64,000 nt of DNA from Babesia bigemina (lineage: Eukaryota): NCBI RefSeq assembly GCF_000981445.1, contig NC_027218.1, forward strand, positions 496,001 to 560,000, given 5' to 3'. Shown in pieces: positions 40,009-52,995 of the stretch (position 1 is its first letter; each line of letters begins with the position of its first letter). A program made the position numbers and the translations under genes. Under the pieces are notes generated by a model. The model saw only the letters and a list, made by a program, of their open reading frames with translations. It ran no database searches and was not told the origin of the DNA.

Positions 40009-40755
40009 GTGTGGCTCAACTGGATTGTTGCAGACGCCACGGAGAGGAGCACTTGAGATGCATGATCCCGTTTGCCTTTTACACGCCTGTATTGTTGTTT
40101 TTTGATTTTGTCATTGTAATTTACACCATCGTAGTAGTCATGTGATTCATCGTAGCTTCCGTCGTGGGTTGAATTTTGTGGAAGTTTCATTTTCCTACAA
40201 GAATTCGTTGTTGCGTATAACTGCGCGGCGCGTTTGTTCGCCGATTGCTGATATCAGCAGCAAGATCCGTGGTTATCGCACAATACCAGATTCACGTGTT
40301 ATTGCTTGTGGGAAAGCCGCCGTGATAATACATGCCGATTACGTGACAGAGTGTTGAAATGTCGGATTGCATTGAGGCAGCACTTCCCGAATCGCCCCAA
40401 GATGTGGGCGATTTGCCTCCTACCACGACATCTATCGACACTACGACTAACACGATTTGCTTCAATACGAGTGAGATGCCTCCATCTCACATAGTGGCAT
40501 TGGTAGGTCGTTGTTCGTACGATAGGGGTGGTTCTTTGGTGCATGGTTGAAAGATATGCTGTGGTTGCGCTATCTCCATGGAGAATTACAAGGCTGGCGC
40601 CATGTGGTCACCGTCAGGTCTATTATGCAGCTGTATTGATGTATTTTGGATGGGTCTTTTTTCGATGAGTTTCGGATGCGGTACCATGTATTGTATTTTT
40701 TGTAGCGCCATTTACGGTATCGTTAACACTGCATTATGACAACTTTTGACTCCGC

Positions 40756-41497
40756 ATGCAGGACCAGTTAATACAGTTGCAATGCAATAAATTAGAGAAG
40801 CAGCTGGTCGCTTTGAAGGTCAAGCGCCAGCTGCTACACATGGGCGAGGGGGTTGTGTTGTCAGTGAATGATCTGGTTTCCGATGTATCTGAGGATTCCA
40901 GCAAAGAACTTTTAAGTTCCCTGGAGGCGGCTTCGGTTGTTGATACCGACATCGATGACCGCTTTAAATATTTTCGATCTCAGACTGTAGGGGTTGGTCA
41001 TACTGTGGCGATTCACATGCTTGTTTCAGGAGGACATTTCCGAGATCATCAACGCTATGAACATGCGTAACAGCTCTTCGAATGAGAGCGATGATTTTAT
41101 GCGCCGAGTACAATTCACGGCCGTTGAGGAGCCAGCGAACAGTCGTGTTCCTATTTCGCGTCGCTGCATAACCCTCCCCGACAGTCACGGCCCGGTCACT
41201 GCCAGTGAGTTGGCGTTGCTACAAATTGACATGTGTTCAGCGGGGGATGTACAGTTGATGTTGCATATACAGGGCAAGTGCAAGCCATGCGCATTTTATT
41301 ACAATAAGAACAAGGGCTGCCGGAATGGCAGTTCGTGTGTCTTTTGCCATCACGAGGACCACTGTTTCTTCACTCTGAAGCGTTGGAAGAAGCAGCAGAG
41401 GCAGTTTTCGCAGAGCCGTAGCCTCAGCAGGGAGATTATGGGAGCAGCGCTAAACCCCAACCCCAAGCCTGAGCCTCAACATCCGAACTGCACCTAA
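40756..41497 (+). CDS. C3H1-type zinc-finger protein, 2 exons
   Basis: HIQGKCKPCAFYYNKNKGCRNGSSCVFCH. Confidence 0.8.
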
Positions 41498-41518
41498 GCA
41501 CTGATTTTAATATACACA

Positions 41519-43092
41519 ATGGAACAGGACGAGCGTTTCGTTCCCACCGTTCGCTTCAAGCGCGCCCCTAAGGAGGTTAAGCCACGTTCAGACGCTCGTT
41601 TCGCTCGTCTGTTTGAGTCGGACGAGGGTCCTCGTAAGGGCGGCCATAAGATCGACCCTTTCGGCCGACCTCTAGGTATAACGCTTTCGAAATATTTCCA
41701 TTATGCGTAGGGGATGCGTATGACGAGGATGTGTCCTCTAGTGACGACGAATCCGAGGAGTCCGTAGAGCAGCTCGCTGCCGACTCCACTACCGAGGCTG
41801 AGGAGAAGAAAGACGACATAGAATACGTGAGCTTTGCGCCAAATAATTGCCAAGTTGCGTTTAGGGTGAAGCTAGTAACCGTCTCGCGGTTGTCGGCTGC
41901 GATTGGGACAACATCAATGCGTCAGACTTGTTTGTCTTATTCGAGACTATGTACCGCTCCATAACGTCAAACCACACAGGTTGCGTGCGTCGCGCAGCTG
42001 TGTACCTCTCTGACTTTGGCAAGGAACGCTTGGAGCACGAGAATCTGCACGGTCCGTCGCTGGTATGTTCGGATGCATGCTGATGCGATGTTCCGCAGCA
42101 ATCTAGCGAGGACTTACGTGACGAAGAGCTCGATGAAACTGCTCGTCAGGAGGCTCTACGTAAGTACCAGGCCGAGCGCGCACGCTACTACTACGGCATC
42201 GTCGAATTCGAAAGCGAGGAACAGGCGAAGCTGCTGTACGACGAGATGGACGGCATTGAGGCCGATTTCGCGTTTTCCGGTTTGGATCTCCGTTTCGTGC
42301 CATCCGAAATTGCGTTTGAGCGGGAGCCGACATCGGAATGCTTCGAAATTCCGAGTAACTACGAGCCTCCCCTGGCGAGCACTTCTGCATTTCGCCACTC
42401 CCGCGTGGAGTGCAAGTGGGACATGCCGTCGATGAAGCGCTTTAAGACGCTGACTAAGAAGTAAGTGTGCTGTGATATAACCAATGACATCGAGTCAGGT
42501 TCAAGGAACAGGACATCGAGTCCCTCGAGCTGCAGGAGTACCTGGCATCTGACGATGATGAGGTCGACGTTTCTAAATACAAGTCACTTCTGACTGACAA
42601 GCCCGAGCCCTCGGAACCCGTTAAGACAGAGGACGGCAGGGTGAAAACCAAGGTCGGGAAGTACACGATATCGTTCGGGGCGCCGGAAGGCATCCCCGAT
42701 TTGGCTGAGATCGATTTGGTCAGCAAAAAGACCCGTAAGACGAAGACGAAGTCCAAGCGCGACCGTGAAAGTGCCGACTTGGAAGCTGATGACGTGGGTT
42801 CAGGTGTTAACGTTTCTGATATGTGCAGGTGCGTGACTTCGACGCCCGTAAACCGCAGGAGCAGCAGCCCGGCTTCCAGGTGAGGCGCTCTTTCTGCCAA
42901 TTAAATCGGCGCAGGGTGAATTTGAGGACCGTCGCTTTAACCGCGTGCTGAAGGATCCTGATTTCGCAATAGACACTCGCCACCCGAAGTATCGCGTACG
43001 TGCCTGCGCGTTTTGTAATGACGTCGTGTCAGAACACGGATTTCAACAAGAATCTGCTGCGCAAGAAGTCGGAGTTAAAACGTTCGCAATGA
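41519..43092 (+). CDS. ESF1: Pre-rRNA processing protein ESF1, multi-exon
   Basis: DARF, RLAVVGCDWDNI, LRKYQAERARYYYGIVEF, YDEMDGIE and LDLRFVP; NUC153-like DRRF..DPDFAIDTRHPKY. Confidence 0.92.
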
Positions 43093-43162
43093 GCCTAAAT
43101 TTCGACACGTCGCTGTTGCGCCGTTTTCTGTTGGCGGTAGTTGTATGCTGTGTGTCGTGACA

Positions 43163-44714
43163 ATGACCGCAGGGCGGCGACGGCACCGCTGCCGAGGAGC
43201 TTTTGCGCAACGTACGTACGCCACCTGCAGTGTTGTGACGGCTGTCTTATAGGTGTCTGTAGAAGAGATAGTGCTCGGCCTGTCCCAGCTGGGTGACGAG
43301 TGCTTCCCCGGTAGTTACGATGAGGAGAGCGACGTCGCCTCCAGTGCAAGCGATCAGTACCTGGGCATTCTCCTGGTGCGCACTTTGGATAAACTGCTGA
43401 CCAAGCACAGGACCGTAACGCTTTTGCAGAACCAGCAGGTTAATTATAGCTCTCTTTGCATGATGCGGACTTAGGTCGCCGAATTATTATCGCAACGCAT
43501 TCCGTCCAGTGCGTACCCCGTGCGCCGGCTATTCGCGTCCAAATGTGAACTTTATTTCAGCGAAACCGGTGCGTTCGCTCATGTAGCGTTAAGACTTTTC
43601 TACAGGCGTTGGCAGCGAGTTTCTGGAGGACGTGCTTTGGAGGCTCTTGTTGGACCCAGAGTATCGCATTTTCGAGCACTGCTCACGGGCTATATGTGCG
43701 GTAAATAACAATAGCAGACATATTACAGCTTCTCAGCTACTGAGGCGTCGTCCGGGCTTCCTGGACGATAAACGTCTGGAGACGATTCGTGGCGCTATGT
43801 GCAATGCCGATTCTGACAGCATCATATCCGTGCGAATGGCCGAGTTTTGCGCGTATATTGGCGGCGCATCAGATGCGGTCTTTAAAACACTCCTGGATGC
43901 CGGTTTGTGCCGCGCCTTGCTGGACTTGTACATGTCTGCCGACAGTTTGGTCAAGCTCAACATTTTGGAGCTTCTGGACCGCAGCTCAGTATTCGTTTCC
44001 CGACTCTTGGCGTCTAACACCATTACGCACGATTTCATCGCGTATGCGATTTCAGTGACGACCGACGAGGGCGATTCTTACGACAACGTCCTGCTAGCTC
44101 CGTATCTGTTGAGGATGATGCTGTCGATGCTGCCGCATGAGAACATCCTGACGTCCGAAGACTGCAAATCTCTGAGCAGGGCCGTATCAGGCGTCATAAT
44201 GGAAGGAAACGCACAAAAAGCGTCGCCTCTTTTTCTATGTGCAGTTCAGAACTTCGGCGCGCTCTACCTCCTGGGCCACATGTCGGCAGAGGTTTGTCGC
44301 AATTTGGAGGGCAAGGTTAACTCAACGGTTGACGATCGCGTGGTGTCGTCGGCAGTTGCAACTCTGGATGTCATGTGCGAGGCAGACCTGGAGAGCGACA
44401 GATTCGCATTCTTGCGCGATATGACTCGATGTGTCGTCGCGGCTCTGTCACGCTTCCCCTTTTCTGACGTACGCGAAACTGCATACAGATACTTGTTGAA
44501 AGCCATAAAGTTTGACGAAGTGGCGCGTGACCTGCTGGATCACGAATCGAAGACGCGCCTGTTTAGCAGTGAGGAAAACCTGCACGCGAACACCGTTGCG
44601 AAGAAGCAGCTAACCAGACAACTGGTGAAACGATTTGATGAGCTCAGCAGCGGATCTGCCAGTCCCATGGGCGATGGAGGCATCGCCATGCTGCGCAAAT
44701 ACGCCAGCAGTTGA
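43163..44714 (+). CDS. ARM-repeat protein, 26S proteasome chaperone PSMD5/S5b-like
   Basis: DSIISVRMAE, DSLVKLNILELL, FPFSDVRETAY and AKKQL match the PSMD5 motif order. 5' exons are approximate. Confidence 0.65.
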
Positions 44715-45022
44715 TAAGTGATCGCCTCGGATCAGGACACCGTGTGGGTTCCTGGCCTCAGCCACCTGCTGCATAGCACAAACACACACTAAGCACATTT
44801 TACATCACTGTTTGGCTGTAGGAAAGTTTAAAATGGAATGTAGCCCAGATTTGGCTGTGCCGCCCGCGGGCAACCCCCGGTGCATTGTCCATTCCGCATC
44901 AGCGCCGGCGCCACAAAGCCATCACACCCATGGCTGAGTGTATAGTTTGGCAGGGCAACAGCCGTACTGCCGTATGTATGCACTTGATGTATTTCGCAAT
45001 GGAGTCATGGACGGTAATGATT

Positions 45023-46756
45023 TTATGCGATGCGGTCCGAATATTTTGAATGCGATGCGCCGCCGTTCTTGGGTGGTATTGAGAACGGTCGATTTGCACT
45101 CTTTTTAGACGGTTGCGCGGCCCGAATACCCTCAATCCGGTTCTCGAGGTGTTGCGAGTCTTTGATTCCTCGATACTTGGCGATTTTCTCATCCAGTTCC
45201 TGTTCCTTCCTCTCCAGTCGCTGTCTCGCGGCATTAAGTTCCGCCTCTTTTGCCAACCTATGTCTCTCGAACTGCGCCTTTTGCCCCTCCAAACTATTTC
45301 GTTCGATTGCCAGGAGGGCCATCTGCTCCTTGTACTCCTGCATTTGCGCCTCTTGCTGCTGCGACATGTTCCTTGAGTTCATGAGCTCCGCCTGAAGTTC
45401 TTCCAATTCCTTTTCTCGCGCATCTAGCGCATCTTGGTATCGTTCAAGTTTGTGTTCGGCTTCCTTGATGGTGAGTTCGCGCTGCTTGAGTTGCGCCGCG
45501 TACTCGGAGAGCTCCATTTGTTTTGCCTTGAGCTCTTCCGCAGCGAGTTCCACCTGCTTGGCGCGTGTTTGCAACTCGATCTCCGCCTGCTTAATGTCCA
45601 AGTATGCCTCATGCGTTATGGGCGATTGGTTGTACTGGAATTGCTCCGACGCTGACGTTTGCAGTTGTCGGGTCTGGTTTTCGATTTCGTCGTCTAGCAG
45701 GCGCTTCTGTTTGGTACAGGCACGTTTGATACTCTTGAGCTCGCTCTTCGCGTTTCTGATTTCCTCCAGCGCTTGATTGACTTTATCCCACTCGGCTTTT
45801 ATTTTCTCCCTGGCGAGTTTCATCTCTTCGCGCTCGGTTTGCAATCGTTGCACGTCATGGTTGAGCACTTCCTCTCGTTTTTTCAGGTCATTTGCTATGG
45901 CCTCACTGGCGTCGTTGGAATCCGTGACTTCCTTGATTCTGTGTTCCAGTTCTCTCTTTTTTGCCCTCACGTAATCATCGAATGCGGCCTTTTCGTCCAA
46001 GAATGTATTTTCCATCTCCAGTATTTTCTTCTTTTGTGCTTCTGCCTCTTCGATTTCCTCCTCCATGCGCCGCCTGTGCTGTTTCACCTCCTGCGCAACC
46101 TGTTCGCGCGCTTCGGCGCACTGATCACGGATTTCTTTCAACCTGTCAGTTTCTATTAGCAGCGTGTGTTCCACCCGATCAATTTCGTCCTTTCTTGAAT
46201 TGAGCGATCTGGCGGTTTCGTTGACAGCCGCCTCTCTCCTGCCGACGTCAGCGAGACCGCTTTCATATTCTGCCAGCCTGCGTCTGCATTCATCCTCGAG
46301 TGCCGCGCATTCGTCTAATCTTTGAAGCAACTCACGCTGTGCGGCATCATTCTGCTGCTGCATTTGGCTTATGCTATGTTGTTTATCCTGCAGGTATATT
46401 TTGTAGCTTTTCATTTCCTCCTCCCTGAGGAGCAGTTCCCTCTCGAGATCGTTGAGTTTTTTTTCTCGCTTTTTCAGTTCATCAAATCTGTGCCTGACCT
46501 TGGATTGGTCCTGGTCGATTTGTTTTCCTCTCCTTTTTATATCCTGTTGCAGCCTTTGCATGTGCTGTCTGGCACCGCACACGCACTCCACGCTATCGTG
46601 GAAGGTGACCCCGTTGGTCCTAGCGTATCCACTACGTGGCCCCATGGAGCTAATACTGTCCCGCATATCTGCGCCGTAGTTCGTCTGATCGGTTCGCCGG
46701 TCGTCGTCGTACGGCATCCGGCGGGTGTCCGTGGTATACTCGTAGTTGCCCATCAT
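45023..46756 (-). CDS. Long coiled-coil protein
   Basis: 577-aa intronless ORF with E/K/R/Q-rich heptads. Confidence 0.85.
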   Translation of the reverse strand: MMGNYEYTTDTRRMPYDDDRRTDQTNYGADMRDSISSMGPRSGYARTNGVTFHDSVECVCGARQHMQRLQQDIKRRGKQIDQDQSKVRHRFDELKKREKKLNDLERELLLREEEMKSYKIYLQDKQHSISQMQQQNDAAQRELLQRLDECAALEDECRRRLAEYESGLADVGRREAAVNETARSLNSRKDEIDRVEHTLLIETDRLKEIRDQCAEAREQVAQEVKQHRRRMEEEIEEAEAQKKKILEMENTFLDEKAAFDDYVRAKKRELEHRIKEVTDSNDASEAIANDLKKREEVLNHDVQRLQTEREEMKLAREKIKAEWDKVNQALEEIRNAKSELKSIKRACTKQKRLLDDEIENQTRQLQTSASEQFQYNQSPITHEAYLDIKQAEIELQTRAKQVELAAEELKAKQMELSEYAAQLKQRELTIKEAEHKLERYQDALDAREKELEELQAELMNSRNMSQQQEAQMQEYKEQMALLAIERNSLEGQKAQFERHRLAKEAELNAARQRLERKEQELDEKIAKYRGIKDSQHLENRIEGIRAAQPSKKSANRPFSIPPKNGGASHSKYSDRIA

Positions 46757-46849
46757 TGTTGCGCATGTTTCGCCGGATTTTGCGATAATGTAGTTCCCTT
46801 CTTTACACTGTATGCGAGGTAGGCATGATCACAGAGCTGCTTGCCCTTC

Positions 46850-47800
46850 AATGGAAGAGATGCCTCTAAGCGTCTATATATTGCTGATTATCATCACTAC
46901 GCGTAGATACCCCCTATCTCGCTACACATAGCATCAAAGACTTCTACACAGCATTACAACTTCCCTTTGGTCAGCACATTTCCTTAACGCGTTGATAAAC
47001 AGACATACAGATTGGCGATCCAGCTGCACATGAAGGAGGGCACCCAGTGTATGTCCTCCGGCTCCAGACAGAAGGTAATCTGCTATTTTGAGCCACGTCT
47101 TGCACAGCAGCGTGTCTATTTGGTCAATACGCGGCGTGGTCAATGTTTCCAGTACGATAGACAAGCTGGCTGCTGCTGGCTATGTCCAGTGCCAACGCGC
47201 GGATGAAGAGTCCGTCAATATACCGCGTCGAGTTTTTAAATATCTAGATGACAGCCTAACACATTTGTTCACCGGCTACGTTAAACTTCGCGTGCCATGA
47301 CCGGCTGGCTTATTCACCGATTGTGTTTTGGAAAGGGCGTTTGACACGTTAAGCCGCGTATGTGCGGTTTCTCGTTTTGGTCAACAAGCAGTGTGTAAAT
47401 GTGCGTTGCTGTTTTAGACTGTTTCCAAGCATTTACGCCATGGCTCTATATTTACGCGTCCGGTGTCGCCCGCTGCAACTATGTCGCCGAGTGCCAGGGG
47501 AATGCAAGGGTTGTTGGCAACCTACAGCCCGTGCTTCGCGTCGCATCGGTGATAGTACAGGGGGAAATGATGACGGGTAAAGAATGTCTTTCATGGTTCG
47601 GCGTCTTCCGGCTCGAGCGAATGTGTAGGACACACCACCCGTTAGGGGCTCCATTTGCACATAAAATTTCCGGTTGTCACATTCACCGTTTTGCAACATA
47701 TTCGGACTACTGAAACCGTCGGCAGGATTTCGTGCTTGCAGCGTCTTTGGAACCGGCTCGTCACAGCGTCGAGTCGATTGACCTGTAACAAAAGGAGCAC
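46850..47800 (+). CDS. Possible multi-exon hypothetical protein
   Basis: Coding-like segments (SVSIWSIRGVVNVSSTIDKLAAAGY; FTPWLYIYASG..LRVASVIVQGE) flanked by GT/AG sites. The gene model is not resolved. Confidence 0.35.
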
Positions 47801-48251
47801 CCCTCTTATTAGAAGGCACAGCCAAGTTTTATGAACCACATTTTACGTTTCAGCACATGTCGCTGAGTACAGGGTAGACTGCGTACCGGCGTTGCCATCA
47901 CGCGCAAGGCAAGCGCAACGCGTCGCAGTCAGGTGTCTGCTTTACGCTCGTTCCCCGGAAACGCTGTCGACACGCGTCTTTACACCGTAATACACATTGT
48001 AAAGGAGCAGTTTCCACTATCTGGGCGCACTTTAGTTCGCTTTACGGGGGAGCATGGCACGTCTCCGTTGTCTGGGGTTGGAAGGCTGTTAGCTGAGCGC
48101 GTTGCGTCCGTTATCGCGGCGGCATAATATATCGCCACTGCTGCACACCGCATTTTGTTGTGTTGTGGCGTCGGATTCTCGTGGACGACAGTGTTCCGAG
48201 GTGTGTTTCGGGCGTTGTGCCAGCTTGAGGTGTCCGAGCGTACGACACACG

Positions 48252-49910
48252 ATGGCGTCGTCTCAGTTCTACGGGGAGGTGACTCCCGAGGTATTGAAGG
48301 GCGGAGCGCAAGAGGACAAAGGTGAGACGGCGCGTATGCAATACTTCATCGGTTCGATTGCCGTGGGCGACTTGGTGAAGAGCACCTTGGGTCCCAAGGG
48401 CATGGACAAGATTCTGCAGCCCATGAACATGGAGGGTCCCCGTGGGGAGAACGTGATCACTAACGACGGCGCGACGATTCTGAAGTCGGTGTGGCTGAAC
48501 AACCCGGCTGCTCGTATCCTGGTGGATGTGTCGATGCAGCAGGATTCCACCTGCGGCGACGGCACCACTGGCGTTGTGGTTTTGGCCGCTGAGCTTTTGC
48601 GCAATGCCGAAAAACTGATCGAGCAACGCATCCACCCGCAGATCATTTGCCTGGGTTATCGCCGTGCTCTGCAGGTTGCTCGTAAGCGTCTGGAGGAGAT
48701 TACCTTCTCCAGCGTCTCCAACGCGGAGAAATTCGAGTCCGACCTGTTCAAGATCGCCTGCACGACTCTATCGTCGAAGCTGCTTCGTCATGAGAAGGAG
48801 CATTTTGCGCGTTTGGCTGTGAACGCGTTGTTGCGCATGAACCGTGACGTGAAGGAGCACGGTGGCGACTTGAAGGATGCGTCATCTCACATCAATTTAA
48901 GTTTGATCCAAGTCATCAAGAAGCCTGGCGGTTCGCTCAAGGATTCCTACCTGGAGGAAGGCTTCATTTTGGAGAAGACGATCGGCGTCGGCCAGCCCAA
49001 GAGCATGACCGACTGCAAGGTGCTTATCGCTAACACCCCCATGGACACTGACAAGGTGAAGATCTACGGCGTTAAGGTGAATGTGGACAGCTTCGAAGCC
49101 GTGAGCGCTCTTGAGCAGAGCGAAAAGCAGAAGATGAAGAACAAAGTCGACCGCATCCTTCGGCACGGCTGCAACGTGTTCATCAATCGTCAACTGATTT
49201 ACAACTACCCTGACCAACTGTTCAAAGAGGCTGGCGTGATGACGATTGAGCACTCCGACTTCGACGGCATGGAGCGTCTGGCTAAGTGTTTGGGCGGCGA
49301 GATCGTGAGCACCTTCGACACCCCTGAGGACGTGACCCTCGGCCGCTGTGACAAGATAGAAGAGATCCTGGTGGGTGAGGACAAGCTGATCCGTTTCAGC
49401 GGTTGCGCGCGCGGCGGCGCGTGCTCCGTGATACTTCGTGGAGCATCTTCCCACGTGCTTGATGAGGCGGAGCGCTCGCTTCACGACGCACTGGCCGTGC
49501 TCTCCGAGACCATCTCCGACGGCAAGGTGGTGTGCGGCGGCGGCTGCGCGGAGCTGGAGATGGCCACCGCCGTATTCGAGTGCGCCAAGACCATAGAGGG
49601 CAAGGAAAGCCTTGCCGTCGAGGCGTTCGGCGCGGCTCTGCTGAAGCTGCCCGAGTATATTCTGTCCAATGGCGGTTATGATGCGGCGGACGTTGTGAGC
49701 AAGCTGCGAGCCGCGCACGTGTCGGGCAACGTTCACGCCGGAATCGACATCGAGCGCGGTGACGTGGGCAACATGATGGAGCTGGGTATATACGAGAGCC
49801 TGAAATCGAAGATGTCACAGGTATGCCTTGCTACGGAGGCTGCTGAGACAATCGTGCGCGTGGACGACATAATTAAGTGCGCCCCCCGCGAGCGCCAGCC
49901 GGGCGTCTGA
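48252..49910 (+). CDS. CCT2: T-complex protein 1 subunit beta
   Basis: STLGPKGMDKIL, TNDGATILK, GDGTTGV, NVFINRQLIYNYP, EHSDFDG and RVDDIIKCAPR. The true start is the ATG at 48252. Confidence 0.97.
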   Translation: MASSQFYGEVTPEVLKGGAQEDKGETARMQYFIGSIAVGDLVKSTLGPKGMDKILQPMNMEGPRGENVITNDGATILKSVWLNNPAARILVDVSMQQDSTCGDGTTGVVVLAAELLRNAEKLIEQRIHPQIICLGYRRALQVARKRLEEITFSSVSNAEKFESDLFKIACTTLSSKLLRHEKEHFARLAVNALLRMNRDVKEHGGDLKDASSHINLSLIQVIKKPGGSLKDSYLEEGFILEKTIGVGQPKSMTDCKVLIANTPMDTDKVKIYGVKVNVDSFEAVSALEQSEKQKMKNKVDRILRHGCNVFINRQLIYNYPDQLFKEAGVMTIEHSDFDGMERLAKCLGGEIVSTFDTPEDVTLGRCDKIEEILVGEDKLIRFSGCARGGACSVILRGASSHVLDEAERSLHDALAVLSETISDGKVVCGGGCAELEMATAVFECAKTIEGKESLAVEAFGAALLKLPEYILSNGGYDAADVVSKLRAAHVSGNVHAGIDIERGDVGNMMELGIYESLKSKMSQVCLATEAAETIVRVDDIIKCAPRERQPGV

Positions 49911-50032
49911 AGACTGCCAAGCGTTGTTTTGTATCCTCTCACGGCGTCTAGCTGCGGTGCTGTCGTTTGGCATATATCGACAATCTTTAATGTGGTTTTG
50001 TTACATGTACAATAGCGCCGTGTGTCGGTCAT

Positions 50033-50701
50033 TCAAAAATCGTGCATGGTTTTATGCCCGATTTGCTTGAGTTTGCGTTTGCTCTCTCTTCGTTTTTGCT
50101 TGTACTCCCGTATCTGCCACAGTGAGACGCCATTATGCGACGTGCTAACCTCTTTCGGGGTCTTGTCGCGCTCTATCTGCTCTAGAAATGATAGTTTTTC
50201 TTCGGGTTCATATTGCTGCATGGCTTGTTACGGCCTCTCCATGACGTACCTCCGCCTGGCGTATTGCCGCCTTTATTTTCTCTATGCAGGCCTTTCTATT
50301 CTGTTCCTGGCTTGAATGTTCTGTTGCGTTTCGTGGGTGTCGGACGTTTACGCCGCCACTCACCGTCCGACTCTACGACGAAGTCGCCAGTTCGTGTGAT
50401 TTTGTTTTTGTGCAGTTGTCTGATTTTGGGTGTTCTGCGCTTGTGCTCGTATGTTACCTGAACTTGTCTCTGACTTCCGGGGGCAACCACCAATCGTGTT
50501 CGACGTTGAATCTCGCCTGTACCTTGGTCTCCGACTGCGTTGGCGCTTTCAGCATTGGGAGCTTCACGTGCTCACCTTGTTTACACTCTGCCCGCCGGGC
50601 CCGGAAGACCGCGACGACGTCAGCTTGATTTTATTGATAGGCACTCCCGTGGCTATCCTTCGTTGGGAGATGCGCAGCACATCGTTTATCGCCCTTAACA
50701 T
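50033..50701 (-). CDS. ICT1/ArfB-type peptidyl-tRNA hydrolase (RF-1 domain), mitochondrial, multi-exon
   Basis: Minus-strand translation gives SRSSGPGGQSVNK..SETKVQARF and QNRKACIEKI, a basic tail, and a presequence MLRAINDVLRISQRR. Confidence 0.85.
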
Positions 50702-51104
50702 GTTTACACACAGTGACGGTCATCGAGGCTGCCGATTGCGATCAAAAATTAGCGACTAAAGTGTTTCGTTACATGGGACGGGCTTGCGGTGGCTGTTAGA
50801 CTGCCGAATACACAGTGTCGGCTTCACGTTGTACTTTGTGGAAGGTGGCGCCGCCGGCAGCAGCTTCCGTCGCCGCTCCCTCAGCCACAGGCCAAGTTTT
50901 ACCAGAAGAATATCGCGTTTAGAACGGCAGACATCCCAGAAGTGTCTCGTAAACGGCTGGTTTTGATGCGTGAATCACGCTGTTCACTCACACCGTCTGC
51001 CTTAAACCATGTACCTCGGAAAGGCATGCCGACTGTTGGCACCCGTCGCAGTGCCACCTTCGGCACTATCAGGACGGACTCAGTCCGTCATCTAGTTCCC
51101 AAAT

Positions 51105-51815
51105 CTATGACCTCTTGCTCGACTTTTTCTTCTGTTTGATTCTGACAACAATTCCGGCTATGATGAAGACGACGACGGCGACTCCGACGACCCCTATTAT
51201 AATTAGGTTGAAATTTCTATCAGGCAGCGCTGGCAGTGATTTCGCTGCAAACGCATCTTTGAGGATTGCATTCACCTTTTCCGGGCTGGCTGGCTCCTGA
51301 GGCTGCATCTGCACGACGGGCATCGCAGCCGGCATAGCTTGCACGGGTTGCTGCATGACTGGAACCACCGGTACTGCCTCCGCCACAGGTGGCATGGCCG
51401 CGACCTGTGGCATGGCGACTACTGGCTGTGGCATCACCTGAGGTACCACTCCGGGGCTCTGCATAGCTGGCTGCATGGGCATCGGGTTCGCCACAGGCGC
51501 CGTGGCCTGCTTCAACGCGTCCGCGTACGGCGCAAGCTTCGACTGGTTGTTGTACGTTGGGAAAGGCCCCGATGACAGTTCTGCGAGCTCGCCTAATATC
51601 CGGTTGGTGCCTGTAGCGAGGTTAGTGAGGAACGTTCCAGGTGAGATTTCGAGTTGTGAGGCGAAAGCATTTTCTTGTGCTCCAGACACCAGCTTCTCGT
51701 AGTCGTCTATGTTGTACACCTTCAGTCTGGTGTTGTCCACGTGTCTCGGTTGATGTGTGTCAGCGTTGTGTTGCCTTCCGCGGCCCCTGCTGGCGTGGGA
51801 GTTCGGGAGTTGCAT
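51105..51815 (-). CDS. P/Q/V/M-rich protein with C-terminal TM anchor
   Basis: LIIIGVVGVAVVVFIIAGIVV followed by RIKQKKK. Confidence 0.7.
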   Translation of the reverse strand: MQLPNSHASRGRGRQHNADTHQPRHVDNTRLKVYNIDDYEKLVSGAQENAFASQLEISPGTFLTNLATGTNRILGELAELSSGPFPTYNNQSKLAPYADALKQATAPVANPMPMQPAMQSPGVVPQVMPQPVVAMPQVAAMPPVAEAVPVVPVMQQPVQAMPAAMPVVQMQPQEPASPEKVNAILKDAFAAKSLPALPDRNFNLIIIGVVGVAVVVFIIAGIVVRIKQKKKSSKRS

Positions 51816-52319
51816 CCTTGCACCGCGTTATTTACTATAGCTGTGCCCTACGCATCTCGCAAAAAGCGTCACCTAAAGTGAGAGTCATCGTGTGTCTGTT
51901 GTTCGGATCGACCAGTTGGCGGTGCGATGATATAGCACGCGTTCGCACGGAATGTGCAGGCCGTATGGACAACCTCTAACTTCAACTGTCGTCTAGCAAA
52001 CTTCTTCACATTAACACCCGTGTTTAACAATGACTTATAACGGTCGTCTGCGTCATTGTTCGACGGCTCAGCTCCGAACCGATCGAATGTACACATCTGC
52101 CACCGTGTCTAACTTAGCCAAAAAATTAACGTAACACCAGTCTGAGCTTCACGTTACGAGATGTCGTTATATATGTTACGATGAAGGACTCGTTTAAAAG
52201 AGGAGGCTGTTCATCCGCAGTTCACGTGTCCTGGTGTGACGTTCGTCATCATGGCGTCATACGACGCGTTCTCCAGTTGTTAATCATCGAGTTCCGGTAT
52301 CCAATGAGGTGTGTATGAG

Positions 52320-52745
52320 TCACTCTTGCTTTTCGCCGTTGTGATTCGAAGCGCCGAGTAGTGGCATGACGATGTTCTCTACGTGCTTCCTTAGCACGGC
52401 GAGTGTAGCGCAGACTGCGTTAGTTGCACTGTGTTGCTTGCCTTTCTTAATAGCCATTACTGTACACTTGTCCCCGTACTCCAGCACACGCGTGCGCGGC
52501 ACGACGAGCGCGACGGAGATGATGCTGAATGCCAACGGCCAGAGCAGCCTAGATACAATCCCTAGTACGGCAAATAGCACCGGAGAGAATATGCGATCCA
52601 GAATTACCCAAAAAATAAGGGCACGCAGGAAGTAGTTCGCCTGCTTGATGTTTCCCACGGATGCGGCGTACAGCCCTGCAATGACAGGGACAACGAATCC
52701 GCTGACCACTCCCACGAAACGACAGAGGTGGATAAGGAAACCCAT
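52320..52745 (-). CDS. Small membrane protein, HVA22/TB2-DP1-like
   Basis: Two long hydrophobic hairpins; GFVVPVIAGLYA..LIFWV pattern. Confidence 0.5.
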   Translation of the reverse strand: MGFLIHLCRFVGVVSGFVVPVIAGLYAASVGNIKQANYFLRALIFWVILDRIFSPVLFAVLGIVSRLLWPLAFSIISVALVVPRTRVLEYGDKCTVMAIKKGKQHSATNAVCATLAVLRKHVENIVMPLLGASNHNGEKQE

Positions 52746-52995
52746 GACGCCTTGGTGTTGTCTGCCGCGTTTTCAGCAGATGTAAGTGTCCCCCTGGTGT
52801 GAAATGTCCGCTGCCGAAATCTCGTTTTCCTGCCGGCAGTGAGGCGGCTATGACGTGTGCTTTACAATTCAGAAAATTTCAAAAAGTGTTGTCACTTGGT
52901 TGACTCAGTAAACCGCATCTATGTCGTACTCGTACCGTATGTGCTGCTGTCGTCTCCCCACTAGTAGGTATGGCGCTGGCTGTGTGAGACGAGCG

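Noticed and set aside
40005..40700. Possible gene between the 5-exon gene and the zinc-finger gene
   Set aside because: Short ORFs on both strands, but I could not build a consistent spliced model.
48102..48251. 50-aa N-terminal extension on CCT2
   Set aside because: The ORF caller used a non-ATG start; CCT-beta homology begins at the ATG at 48252.
48111..49818. Long antisense ORFs within CCT2 (likewise 38552-39193 and 62789-63502)
   Set aside because: Expected by-product of GC3-rich codon usage on the coding strand.
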